From a virus (Duplodnaviria > Caudoviricetes), in the IMG/VR virus record IMGVR_UViG_3300023174_000047, positions 1 to 64,000 of that record: 64,000 bases of DNA, one strand, 5' to 3'. The notes under the pieces are model-generated. The model worked only from the letters and a program-made list of their open reading frames with translations. It had not been told where the DNA came from and did not search any database. Shown piece by piece: positions 44,260 to 54,098 of the stretch. Made by a program: the position numbers and the translations under genes. Position 1 is the first letter of the stretch. Each line of letters opens with the position of its first letter.

Positions 44260-46718
44260 ATACAAACGATCAGTTACTCCCAAGTGAGGAGTCAACAAAC
44301 ATTAAACAAATGGTGCTGGAGACAAATATATATGGAACAAAGCATCTTGGATTTTATCGAGGCATAGTTATTCAAAACAATGACCCGGAGCGTCGTGGAC
44401 GTGTCAAGGTATATATACCCGCACTTGCACCTCAGATTAAAGAGTGGTATGGTGAATCAAGTGATGTAGATAAGAGCTTTAGATTTCCCGCTGGCTCTAA
44501 CATTTATAAAGACAAGGCATCTCTCAGTTCAATTGAAAAATATGCAAAAAAAATTATTCCATGGGCTGAACAAGCTGCATCACTTGTGGGCAGCGGCTCT
44601 TCTGGAGTGTATTCAGCAAAAGATGATATCGCAACAATTAGTGACAGTAGCACCAATAAACTTCCTGGCGCGGGTGGATCTCTTAATGTGGATGGCATTG
44701 GTGAGAAGCCTGGGTTTTTATACGAAACCCCAACTGGACAACTCAAAGATGGCTTTGGTGCATTTACTGACGATATGATGCCTGAATCAAATCCATATGC
44801 ATTTCAATTCAAGCCATCAACATATAGCAACTGTACCAAAGGTTTATTTGCTGTGCCTGATGTAGGTGCAAGCGTGTGGATATTTTTTGAGAATGGTAGC
44901 ATTGAGACACCCATTTATTTTGCTTATAGTTATGATAAAAATGACTGGCAAAAAATCAATGAGATGGTCAATACTGATATCCCAAATGCAGGCATCAATT
45001 ACCCTGGAGCTTATGAAAACTCCGGAAGTAATGATCCACAGAAGTATAAAAAAGGCAAAATGGTACTCAATTCAAAAGGAGGCACCATTGAAGTAGTTGA
45101 TACAGATAATAATGAATCATTAAAATTAACTCATCCGAGCGGCTCATTTATACAAATGCATAAACTTGCTTATACAACTTTATGCACTGGCAACGATCAA
45201 AAATTAATACTTAAATCTCAATTTGAGACCGTTGAAAATTCAAAAAATGTTCATGTAAGAAAAGTATATAATATTGGTGTAGACGAAACTAGATGGTGCC
45301 GCATTGGTGACTGGAAAAATATTAATGCTTATCAACAATGGGTTGAACTCAATAGACCCATTGCAGATACAAGAGCGAGATTTGCTATCAAACGTAGCGC
45401 CGGTGCACCATTAGTATCGTCTCTGCTACCACCTGCAGGCAGCATCAGTCAGACCCAAGAAGGAACTTTTGCTGACAATCCAATTCTTGCTCAAACACCA
45501 GTTGCAGTTACATCGGCACCTATACCAAACGAAATATACGTTGAGATGCCCAAAGCAAGTGATTTAACTGGTAACCAAGCTAGTACACTCGAAACAGCAG
45601 TGAAGCAAGTATCAGAGCCTTCATCTTTTGCGCAACCAGCAACTATTCCTCCAGAAGAATTTTTAATTGCTGCAGGAGAAAGCGGTTCAAATAATTTTTC
45701 TGGTACAGATGCTGAACTTTCCTCTTCAACACAAGATGGGGAATGGGCACCGGATACTGAATATAATAACTTGAAAGATTTAGAAACAGCTCAATCAGAG
45801 CGAATGCTGCAGTATGAGAAAAAATTTGGCAACGGTGGTGATGATAATACACAAATCATACGTCATAAATATGAAATAGTAGGTGCTGCTTTTAATGATT
45901 CACCAAGTGTTCGTGTTGATCCTGTAGGTCGCATGGAATTTAATGAAATGCTTATTTGTTCTGAAACAGTATTTGCGTCTCAAAAGCCAAGCCCACTTGT
46001 GGAGCGTGTTGCTAATGACGGTAAATATCCGTGCGGCAATTATACTTTGACTATTTGCAATGGCTTTTACTGTACAGCTGGCAGTGGTGGCATCGGCCTC
46101 CGCACAACAGGAACTTTCGACATTGCTGGATCACAAGTGGTAGTATCTGGATCCAATGAAATTATCGTTAGTTCTTCTGGAGATGTTAAAATTACATCTG
46201 GTGGCAGGTTCAATGTTACTGCAGATGTAATTACGCTAAGTCAGACACAAAACAAGCAAGTAGGCATTGATTGCAGCCTTGGTGTTAAAAATAATGTAGT
46301 TATTGGCGGTGGCACGTATGTAGAAGGTGAACTGTATGTCAATCATGTGACTGCTCCTGCTGAAATTCAAGAGACAGAGTTAATTGAAGTGTATGGCAGA
46401 CCAGACAACATAATTCCAAAGGTAATTGGGTTTGTGTTTGTCGTTAATACATGGTTGCCGGTATATTCATGTGTACCTGCAGCGGGTTTGTTTAACGATC
46501 CGGATAGCATCATCACAGTTCCACATTCACACAATTTTAGAAATCTTCCGCTCAATCTAGTTGATAACAACATTAGTCTGAGAAGATCTGCGATGCAAAT
46601 GAACAAAGGGACAACGCCAGCTGTAGCTGGCGTTGTTACAAATGGTAAAAAAGAAATTACTGAAGTCGCAATGCCTGAATCAGAGAATTTCGTCGACCAA
46701 CCCATATTCCAAGCATAG
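44256..46718 (+). CDS. gp5: baseplate hub / central spike (gp5/VgrG-like OB fold), no lysozyme motif recognised
   Basis: YRGIVIQNNDPE.RGRVKV, VPDVGA.VW.FFENG....P.YF, HPSGSFI. Confidence 0.75.
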   Translation: MNTNDQLLPSEESTNIKQMVLETNIYGTKHLGFYRGIVIQNNDPERRGRVKVYIPALAPQIKEWYGESSDVDKSFRFPAGSNIYKDKASLSSIEKYAKKIIPWAEQAASLVGSGSSGVYSAKDDIATISDSSTNKLPGAGGSLNVDGIGEKPGFLYETPTGQLKDGFGAFTDDMMPESNPYAFQFKPSTYSNCTKGLFAVPDVGASVWIFFENGSIETPIYFAYSYDKNDWQKINEMVNTDIPNAGINYPGAYENSGSNDPQKYKKGKMVLNSKGGTIEVVDTDNNESLKLTHPSGSFIQMHKLAYTTLCTGNDQKLILKSQFETVENSKNVHVRKVYNIGVDETRWCRIGDWKNINAYQQWVELNRPIADTRARFAIKRSAGAPLVSSLLPPAGSISQTQEGTFADNPILAQTPVAVTSAPIPNEIYVEMPKASDLTGNQASTLETAVKQVSEPSSFAQPATIPPEEFLIAAGESGSNNFSGTDAELSSSTQDGEWAPDTEYNNLKDLETAQSERMLQYEKKFGNGGDDNTQIIRHKYEIVGAAFNDSPSVRVDPVGRMEFNEMLICSETVFASQKPSPLVERVANDGKYPCGNYTLTICNGFYCTAGSGGIGLRTTGTFDIAGSQVVVSGSNEIIVSSSGDVKITSGGRFNVTADVITLSQTQNKQVGIDCSLGVKNNVVIGGGTYVEGELYVNHVTAPAEIQETELIEVYGRPDNIIPKVIGFVFVVNTWLPVYSCVPAAGLFNDPDSIITVPHSHNFRNLPLNLVDNNISLRRSAMQMNKGTTPAVAGVVTNGKKEITEVAMPESENFVDQPIFQA

Positions 46719-47213
46719 AGTAGAATCAATCCACAAATCAGATTTGAGAAGCTCTTCCATTCTTTTTGTTGTGAGTTTTGAATACTTTTTGTAAATTAAT
46801 TTGATGATTCCCATGAACTGTCTGGTATTCTTGATTTCGTCTTCCATTTCATCTAGCTTGCCACTGCTCTCACTTCTCACCTGATGAATAAGCATGCAAG
46901 AATATTTGCCTATGAATCGGCGGGTACCAACACATGAAATAAGAGTTGCAGCACTTGCTGCACCGCCGTCCACATATGTATATACTTTGCTTTTGAGTGT
47001 AAGAATTGTATCAATGGTCGCTAATGCAGCAACTACTGATCCACCAAAAGAATTAATGTGCAGGTGGATGATCGGATCAGATTGATTTGCAATTTCTTGA
47101 TCAATTTTTTTCAGTGTTGCATTTAAATGCAAACATGTTTCTGTATCAATATCAGCATAGAACCAGACAGTATTACCATGATGTACTAGAAATTCTTTAA
47201 TAAAGTCACTCAT
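46680..47213 (-). CDS. clpP: ClpP-like protease
   Basis: LHINSFGGSV, GGAASAAT (Ser), MLIHQ (His), DLWI (Asp). Confidence 0.85.
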   Translation of the reverse strand: MSDFIKEFLVHHGNTVWFYADIDTETCLHLNATLKKIDQEIANQSDPIIHLHINSFGGSVVAALATIDTILTLKSKVYTYVDGGAASAATLISCVGTRRFIGKYSCMLIHQVRSESSGKLDEMEDEIKNTRQFMGIIKLIYKKYSKLTTKRMEELLKSDLWIDSTLCLEYGLVDEIL

Positions 47214-47379
47214 TTGTTTTTAAATCTATTATAAATTGTTTAATTATATTAACATTTGCATCCAAAATGCCTTCAAATATTACATCTGTTTCTTCCATAA
47301 TGGTGCTGTGTGTTTTCTGGTCCTTTAATTTCTCCAGATAGGCAGTCCATTTGCTAATGAGTTTTTGATTCATATATAT

Positions 47380-48381
47380 TTAGAAATCATCGGCTAAAGC
47401 TCCTGCAGATTGATACTCAGTTACACGAGTTTCAAAGAAATTCTTTGCTTTAAGTAAATCTTGCACTTCGGATAAGAAGTCAAAAGGATTTTTATCGTTT
47501 TCAAATCTAAACTTCATGCCCACACTCTCAAGTCGGCGATTGCCAATGTATTGCATATAATCAATAAACATGGTGGGGCTGAGCCCTATAATTCCGGGAG
47601 GCAAGACATCTTGTGCATACTTTGTTTCAAGTATCACAGCTTCTGCCAGACATTCAGTCAGGTCTTTTTCAAATTCTTCATTCCATACATCTGGATATTG
47701 CTCTTTAATCTTAGTAATGAGCGATGCACCAAAAGCAATGTGTAATGATTCATCACGTAAGGTATATTCAATCTGCTCTCCAATGCCGGGAATTTTATTT
47801 TTAATGGCTAGCATCATGGCAAAACCGCTAAAAAAGAAAGTACCTTCACATACAACCCAGTATAAAAATGCAGCCTTGGTGATTGCTCGTCGCCCTTCAA
47901 CTGTACTTGCATCAATATCTTTGTTGATAGTCTTAGTTACGCGCATCAAAAAGTCATCTTTAGCTTTAATGCTAGGAATGTTGTTGTGTGCTTCATACAC
48001 TTCATTGAGGTCAAGTTTGAGCGAATCACAGATGTAAACAACAGTATCATTGTGCAAACATTCTTCCCAAATCTGCCGCGCCATGTATTGGCGACATTCA
48101 GGATCTGTAATGTGTTTGAACAAGGTGACTAGGTTATTACCAACTAGAGATTCAGATCCAGCAAAAAAGCCCAAGCAGCGCTTAATCACAGTCTTTTCTG
48201 CATCAGTAATAGTACCACTATTCCAATTGAGAATATCTCTAGTCATTGGAACATCTTCTGGATTCCAATGATTATTTTTACCTTTGCGATACAACTCCCA
48301 AGCCCATTTATTAACATGCGGCAAAATTTGATTGACGCCCTCTGTATTCTTACCAAAAATTTCGCCTGTTTTCTTATGCAT
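47380..48381 (-). CDS. nrdB: ribonucleotide reductase class Ia beta subunit
   Basis: W.PEDVP...D, EE.LH.D.., EGTFFFSGF, RDESLH..FG, NFFE.RV.EY. Confidence 0.95.
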   Translation of the reverse strand: MHKKTGEIFGKNTEGVNQILPHVNKWAWELYRKGKNNHWNPEDVPMTRDILNWNSGTITDAEKTVIKRCLGFFAGSESLVGNNLVTLFKHITDPECRQYMARQIWEECLHNDTVVYICDSLKLDLNEVYEAHNNIPSIKAKDDFLMRVTKTINKDIDASTVEGRRAITKAAFLYWVVCEGTFFFSGFAMMLAIKNKIPGIGEQIEYTLRDESLHIAFGASLITKIKEQYPDVWNEEFEKDLTECLAEAVILETKYAQDVLPPGIIGLSPTMFIDYMQYIGNRRLESVGMKFRFENDKNPFDFLSEVQDLLKAKNFFETRVTEYQSAGALADDF

Positions 48382-48401
48382 ATTGTTGTGTATTTATGTG
48401 T

Positions 48402-48644
48402 TTATAGTAATTGCAAATTTGTAAAGTCAAGAAGTTTTTTCCTCAAACTTTGATAAATTTCCTTACCTTCTTCATTTACCTGTGCTTCACATTGCTGCAG
48501 TTTTTTAATTAAACGAGGTAATCTGAAACCCTGCAAAATAACTATATCTACATTCATCTCACAATTTTGTTGTGCAATGTATATAAGCATGCTAAGTTCA
48601 TCTGATGTCAATTCAGTTTCAAGCCAATGTCTGTGTAGTAACAT
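48402..48644 (-). CDS. hypothetical protein
   Basis: ORF track 80 aa. Confidence 0.55.
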   Translation of the reverse strand: MLLHRHWLETELTSDELSMLIYIAQQNCEMNVDIVILQGFRLPRLIKKLQQCEAQVNEEGKEIYQSLRKKLLDFTNLQLL

Positions 48645-48656
48645 AAATATAAAAGG

Positions 48657-49490
48657 ATGCGAATGTTATTTGAAAATTATTATAATGATGCGTTAAAGTT
48701 CAGTGAACAACTGTATCGTAACCTTCTTAAAAATCCACCGGCTCCTTCAGATGAAGTTGCGGGTAATAGTTTAGTAACTATTGTGCATGGAACACCAGAT
48801 ATAATAGTTACCTTTTATAAAGCTGCATTATCTAGAAAAGATGATTCACAGGCTTACATGATAAATATGCATCAGGACAAGCGTACCACTGTAGTTACAC
48901 CGGCAGGTCACAAACGCCGCCGCAAATTAGTAGTCGATGGATCCATGGGCATAAATGTTGCAAATATTATTCAACTATATAAGCACCAAATAAGTGATTA
49001 TGATGTGTTAAAACCATACATCAAAAAAGTTGGAAAGAATGCTTATGCTTTTGATGACCGTATTACAATGAATATTTTCCTTAACATTGTAATGGATTTA
49101 ATTACAACCAACATCTTTGCAAAAATATTTACTCATGAAATACAGCACTTTTATAATCCTTTTGTGCATAAGCGTGCAGAGCAAATACGGAAACATGAGA
49201 CAGGAGAAAAACTTACTGCACAGCAACAGCGAGATATAAACTATACGTTTTCAGATCAAGAAATTAATAGCCGCATAACAGAAGCAGCTGCAAGCATTAT
49301 TGGCAACCCTATTTTTGCAAGGTACTTCTCATCACCTAAATTTCTCCCACGCTTCATCAATGCATGCATTGATGAATTGAGAGTTGAAAGGCTGTGGGAA
49401 GATTACCCTGAAGCAATCAAGCGAAAAATGGTCAAGCGCTGGACTCAAATATTTCACGAAAGAGTGAATAAAGATCCAGCGCTTGATTGA
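48657..49490 (+). CDS. putative HExxH metallopeptidase, probable internal head protein
   Basis: FTHEIQH, EINSR..E; leader MRMLFENYY; TAAATA upstream. Confidence 0.65.
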   Translation: MRMLFENYYNDALKFSEQLYRNLLKNPPAPSDEVAGNSLVTIVHGTPDIIVTFYKAALSRKDDSQAYMINMHQDKRTTVVTPAGHKRRRKLVVDGSMGINVANIIQLYKHQISDYDVLKPYIKKVGKNAYAFDDRITMNIFLNIVMDLITTNIFAKIFTHEIQHFYNPFVHKRAEQIRKHETGEKLTAQQQRDINYTFSDQEINSRITEAAASIIGNPIFARYFSSPKFLPRFINACIDELRVERLWEDYPEAIKRKMVKRWTQIFHERVNKDPALD

Positions 49491-49496
49491 GTTCTA

Positions 49497-51977
49497 TTAC
49501 TGACAGCTACTGCAATCTGGGTTATCGATCATGCATGCCTTGATGGTGCCTGCGTCGTCTCCAATGGAGCTAACGATTGGCACAACAGCTTTAGAGGTTG
49601 TTACAGATGCCTTCTCAATGTCACTTGCACCACGGTTTCTCAAGTAATAAGTAGTCTTGAGCCCCAGCTCCCAAGCAAGCATATATACATCATTGAGGTA
49701 TTTGAGACTTGTTTTATCGTTGAACAAATTCACAGACATGGCCTGATCAATCCATTTGCCGCGAGCTGCTGCTGCTCTTAGCAACTGAAACTGATCAATC
49801 TGAAATGCTGTCTTGTATTTTGCTTGCAAGTATGCTTTGTGTTCTGCAGGAATATTAAGCTGCATAACATCACCATTCACACGTTTCACTTCATTGAGCA
49901 TGTTGTGATTCCACAGACCAAGCTGCTTGAGGTCATTGACAAACGGCTCACATATAACTGTAAAATCACCGCTGAGAGTAGAGTATACATAGATGTTATT
50001 GTATAGCGGTTCTGTGGTTGGACTGCACCCAACAATGCTGCTGATGGTTGCGGTTGGTGCAATTGCCATGGTGTTGCTATTACGCATACCGTTTTCCTTC
50101 ACAAGTTCTCTCACTTCCTTCCACTCTGCAAGATTCTCAGCTGCAACGTCAATGTGACCACGCTTGCTAGCAAGTTTGTTGTACGTATCAATGGGGAAGA
50201 TGCCTTGATCCCAGAGCGATCCTTTGTATGAAGAATATGCACCACGTTCTTTAGCAAGCAGTGCGCTTGCTTTGATGGTATGTAGTGAGATGAATTCATA
50301 AATTTCATCACCCAGCTTCACAGCTGCATCACTATCATAATTGACATCCATTGCGAATAGTAGATCATGCCATCCCATGCTGCCCATGCCAACGGGACGA
50401 TGCTTGGTGTTAGAGATTTTAGCCTCCTGAGTAGGATAGAAATTAATATCAATAACATTGTCAAGCATACGTGCTGCAGTTGTAATGGTATCTGCAAGCA
50501 GCGGCCAGTCAATTTCAACCTTGCCGTCAACAATTTTTGTATGTATACCGACATTTAGCGATCCAAGGTTACACACAGCTGTTTCACCGTATTCCTTAAT
50601 TTGCCGGTCATTATTGCGTTCAAAAGTAGTAGGAATATTATGCAAAATAACTTCGGTGCAAAGATTGCTGCTATGCACAACACCTACATGCTGATTTGAA
50701 TATCTAAGATTGCTTGGATCTTTGAATGTAACCCATGGGTGACCGGTTTCAAACAACATCTTGAGCATGAGCTTCCAAAGCTCTTTAGCAGATACCTCTT
50801 TAAACAGTCGCATTTCTCCACGCTTACCTTTTTCAACATACTCCCAATATTTTTGATCAAAAGCTTCACCCCACAATTCGTGCAGTTCTGGTGCTTCATC
50901 TGGACTCATGAGATACCATGCACCATCATTGCGGACCTGATTCATAAACAAGTCAGGAATCCAGTTGGCTGTATTCAAGTCGTGGCAGCGACGACGATCA
51001 TCTCCTGTATTCTTCTTGAGTTCCAGAAAATCATATATGTCATAGTGCCATGTTTCAAGATAGCCACACCCTGCGCCGCGTCGCTTGCCGCTCTGATTGA
51101 TGGCTACAAGCATATCATTGAACATCTTCCAGATGTATACAGATCCTTGTGTCTTGCCTCCAGTTGAAGAAATAGTAGCATTACCTGCACGGAACGGTGT
51201 GAAGTCCATGCCTAATCCACCAGCAAATTTACTCTTCTGAGCTTCTTGGTGCAACCCATCGAAAATACCTTCAAGTGAATCCTCAAAGGTGTTCAAGAAA
51301 CAGCTGCTCAATTGATTGCGAACACCTCCTGCATTAAACAACGTTGGTGTACTGGTCATGTAACGGAAAGTACTAAGCACTTCATAAAAACGAATTGCCC
51401 AGTCTGTACGAGCTTCTGGATGCTCTGCAAGCGCAAGCCCCATGGCGACTCGCATGAGCCATGACTGCGGTGCTTCAACAATCTCATCATTAATGCGGTA
51501 AAAATAGCGGTCATTGACAGTCTGCAAGCCAATGTATGGAAACAAATAATCTCTATCAAGCTTGAGCGCGTTGCTCAGGCGCTTCAAATCATACTTGAGA
51601 AGTTCTTTATTGACAATGCCTGCCTTGGAAAGCTTCTTGAGATTAGTAATGAACGATTTGCGATATTGCAAATCAAATGCATCGCTATCCACCCCCTCGC
51701 TAAACACTTGTTTATACAAAGCCTGCAACAACAAGCGCGCAGCAACAAACCGGTATTGCGGCTCCTGCTCAATTAAAGCGCGTGCTGATTTGATCAGAGA
51801 TTCATCAATGGCATCAGTAGGAATGCCATCGTATAACTTGAGCGTTGCATTATAAACAACTTGCTTATAATCAGTTGATTCAAGCCCTTTGCAGGCTCTT
51901 TTCGCACAGTTATGAATTTTCTTCTCATTAAACTCTTCTTCTTTACCGGAGCGTTTCTTAACTTTCATAGAACTCAT
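49497..51977 (-). CDS. nrdA: ribonucleotide reductase class Ia alpha subunit with ATP cone
   Basis: VKKRSG..E.F...KI, STPTLFNAG, LSSCF, SNLCTE, CNLGS, AIAPTATIS, KTTYYLR. Confidence 0.97.
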   Translation of the reverse strand: MSSMKVKKRSGKEEEFNEKKIHNCAKRACKGLESTDYKQVVYNATLKLYDGIPTDAIDESLIKSARALIEQEPQYRFVAARLLLQALYKQVFSEGVDSDAFDLQYRKSFITNLKKLSKAGIVNKELLKYDLKRLSNALKLDRDYLFPYIGLQTVNDRYFYRINDEIVEAPQSWLMRVAMGLALAEHPEARTDWAIRFYEVLSTFRYMTSTPTLFNAGGVRNQLSSCFLNTFEDSLEGIFDGLHQEAQKSKFAGGLGMDFTPFRAGNATISSTGGKTQGSVYIWKMFNDMLVAINQSGKRRGAGCGYLETWHYDIYDFLELKKNTGDDRRRCHDLNTANWIPDLFMNQVRNDGAWYLMSPDEAPELHELWGEAFDQKYWEYVEKGKRGEMRLFKEVSAKELWKLMLKMLFETGHPWVTFKDPSNLRYSNQHVGVVHSSNLCTEVILHNIPTTFERNNDRQIKEYGETAVCNLGSLNVGIHTKIVDGKVEIDWPLLADTITTAARMLDNVIDINFYPTQEAKISNTKHRPVGMGSMGWHDLLFAMDVNYDSDAAVKLGDEIYEFISLHTIKASALLAKERGAYSSYKGSLWDQGIFPIDTYNKLASKRGHIDVAAENLAEWKEVRELVKENGMRNSNTMAIAPTATISSIVGCSPTTEPLYNNIYVYSTLSGDFTVICEPFVNDLKQLGLWNHNMLNEVKRVNGDVMQLNIPAEHKAYLQAKYKTAFQIDQFQLLRAAAARGKWIDQAMSVNLFNDKTSLKYLNDVYMLAWELGLKTTYYLRNRGASDIEKASVTTSKAVVPIVSSIGDDAGTIKACMIDNPDCSSCQ

Positions 51978-52006
51978 ATATCAATATAACCTGCTAAATT
52001 GTAAAA

Positions 52007-52237
52007 TCAATTGTAAATTGGCATTGAATTCACCATTTCAAAATTAGGTAATTTATAAACTTTGAGGTATTTACCTGTAGCAGAAACTTTTACAATTAAT
52101 GTAAGTACATTACCAGCGCAGACACAAGATAGAATTTCATCACCCATTTCTCGTGATACAACCACCACACCCGTGAGTGCATTAAAAACTTTTACTATGC
52201 TGCCTTGTGAGAAGGCGGTGTATTGTGTATTATCCAT
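52007..52237 (-). CDS. hypothetical protein
   Basis: ORF track 76 aa. Confidence 0.6.
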   Translation of the reverse strand: MDNTQYTAFSQGSIVKVFNALTGVVVVSREMGDEILSCVCAGNVLTLIVKVSATGKYLKVYKLPNFEMVNSMPIYN

Positions 52238-52601
52238 TGTATTTTTTTAGTTTATCTATAAAGTCGCGTATATGCGGCTGTACTGCAATATTTACTGACT
52301 CTACAGGCTGGCTTATGTTGAAATTTTCTGAATCTTTCTCCTGAACAATGCTTTTGATTTGTTCATCAGTCATGTTCAATTTAATGTTTGATGCACCTAA
52401 TACGCCTTGTACTTCATGAATTGTATACCCTCGTTTGAGCATGCTCTTTGCCTGTTTGCAGATATATTTTTGATGCAGCATTTCTTCGCTACCATACTCA
52501 TTTACTTTTCTTTCGAGGTATTCTTTAGTGAATGGCGTCGTTTTTCCTGTGATGATGCACACAACTTGTGTGGTTTTTTTCTGTTTTTGAGTGTCGGCCA
52601 T
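52230..52601 (-). CDS. hypothetical protein
   Basis: ORF track 123 aa. Confidence 0.7.
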   Translation of the reverse strand: MADTQKQKKTTQVVCIITGKTTPFTKEYLERKVNEYGSEEMLHQKYICKQAKSMLKRGYTIHEVQGVLGASNIKLNMTDEQIKSIVQEKDSENFNISQPVESVNIAVQPHIRDFIDKLKKYNG

Positions 52602-52777
52602 TTTAAAATATTTTCTTCTGGAGCACCATATCCCTCATTGCCCTTGAATCCCTGACGAGGTGCTCTAGTAATGGTACTTATTGAGTTAGCTTGATTAAAC
52701 AATGGTCCCTTGCCGGTTCTAGCATATTCTGAGTCATTCATGTAATATGTTTCAAAAAATGTAGCAAAATCGAGCAT
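52502..52777 (-). CDS. hypothetical protein (3' end overlaps the next gene by 100 bp)
   Basis: Leader MLDFATFFETYY; TAAATA upstream. Confidence 0.55.
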   Translation of the reverse strand: MLDFATFFETYYMNDSEYARTGKGPLFNQANSISTITRAPRQGFKGNEGYGAPEENILKWPTLKNRKKPHKLCASSQEKRRHSLKNTSKEK

Positions 52778-52785
52778 ACATTTAT

Positions 52786-53253
52786 TTATGCTTCCCATGG
52801 ATATCTAACCCATTGTGAGTTTTCTACAGCAAATATATCAGGCACATAATATGAATCATGTGCCCGGTGCAGCGTTGCGAAAATATGATTGCTGCAGTTG
52901 CTGTTATTTTTGAGATACTCTTTGATGCAGGAAATTGTTCGACCTGTATCACAAATATCATCTACAATCAAAACATTTCTGCTATCTACAAAGTCAGCAA
53001 GTTCTTTACCTATGTCATTGTAGAATTCAATGGTATCTGTTTGCTTCATATTCTCATAAGTTTTTATACCAATGATTCTCATTGGTATATTTAAATTATG
53101 CGCTAGCCACACTGCAGGCACTACACCGCCTCGCAGCAATCCGATGATGCAGTTAAATGATAAATTATTATCTGCTTCATACTGTTTAATTTTGCTTTGT
53201 AGTGAGTTGCAGAGATCATCAAATTCATGCCAGCTAAGATAATGTTTATCCAT
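52786..53253 (-). CDS. type I phosphoribosyltransferase (xanthine/guanine PRT-like)
   Basis: IIGLLRGG.VPA, VLIVDDICDTGRT, WV.YPWE. Confidence 0.88.
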   Translation of the reverse strand: MDKHYLSWHEFDDLCNSLQSKIKQYEADNNLSFNCIIGLLRGGVVPAVWLAHNLNIPMRIIGIKTYENMKQTDTIEFYNDIGKELADFVDSRNVLIVDDICDTGRTISCIKEYLKNNSNCSNHIFATLHRAHDSYYVPDIFAVENSQWVRYPWEA

Positions 53254-53286
53254 GACTAAATATATACAACCACACCACTTCTCAAC

Positions 53287-53598
53287 ATGAATAATACTGA
53301 TTTTAGATGCATCCTTGAAAATTATTACCGTAACATAGAAACTATGCAGCCTGCAAGTCAGCGCTTCAAGGCAGAATATGACAGGCGCAACAGTACACCT
53401 GAGTGGAGTGGAATGACTGATCCCTCCAAGGGACCTCAAATGCTAACACCATCTGTAGATGAAGAGAATGTTGGTGGTCGAGATAAAATGAGCAAAATAA
53501 AAGCGCTCATTGAAATAGAAATTCAACGAGCGCCTAAAAAAATGACTTATGCTATTAGAGTTTTGAAGAAGTTGCTGAATCAGATGGAGAGTCTGTAG
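53287..53598 (+). CDS. hypothetical protein, probable internal head protein
   Basis: Leader MNNTDFRCILE. Confidence 0.6.
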   Translation: MNNTDFRCILENYYRNIETMQPASQRFKAEYDRRNSTPEWSGMTDPSKGPQMLTPSVDEENVGGRDKMSKIKALIEIEIQRAPKKMTYAIRVLKKLLNQMESL

Positions 53599-53905
53599 GT
53601 GTTTGCTTCTTGCTCATGAGATAAACATCAATTGCTTGAATCATCTGCACCAAACTATCAGCGGACCAGCATACTGCTGCGCTTATAAATGGTAAAGCAA
53701 GATATTTTATATGCAATGCCCATTCACTTAATGCAACAAAAGGAATGTGCAGCACACCAGCCCAGAAACCCAAACACAGGGAGCACTTGAATAAATCTTG
53801 CAAGAGCTCGTTATCTTCTGTGACACGAGCTCTATAATCCTTTAAAATACTACCGTATTTAAGAATAAAGGTAAAACCAATGCAACTAGCCAAGTAGTAA
53901 CTCAT
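53555..53905 (-). CDS. membrane protein, DUF1360-like
   Basis: LF.CSLCLGFW motif and hydrophobic helices. Confidence 0.65.
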   Translation of the reverse strand: MSYYLASCIGFTFILKYGSILKDYRARVTEDNELLQDLFKCSLCLGFWAGVLHIPFVALSEWALHIKYLALPFISAAVCWSADSLVQMIQAIDVYLMSKKQTPTDSPSDSATSSKL

Positions 53906-54098
53906 TATTTGTACCTTCTAAAACTTTTACTGCATCAGCAATGAGTTTTGCTTGTTCGAGTTTCATGACTACTTTATTGCCATCATCATCTACAATCTCA
54001 ACCTTGGTTTGATCTATTTTGGTTACAACCGGACAATTGTTGCCACCACAGCAGAGCTGCAAACCACCATCATTTGTTTTTTTAAGATAACTATTCAT
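53886..54098 (-). CDS. hypothetical protein
   Basis: LCCGGNNCP; ORF track. Confidence 0.65.
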   Translation of the reverse strand: MNSYLKKTNDGGLQLCCGGNNCPVVTKIDQTKVEIVDDDGNKVVMKLEQAKLIADAVKVLEGTNNELLLG

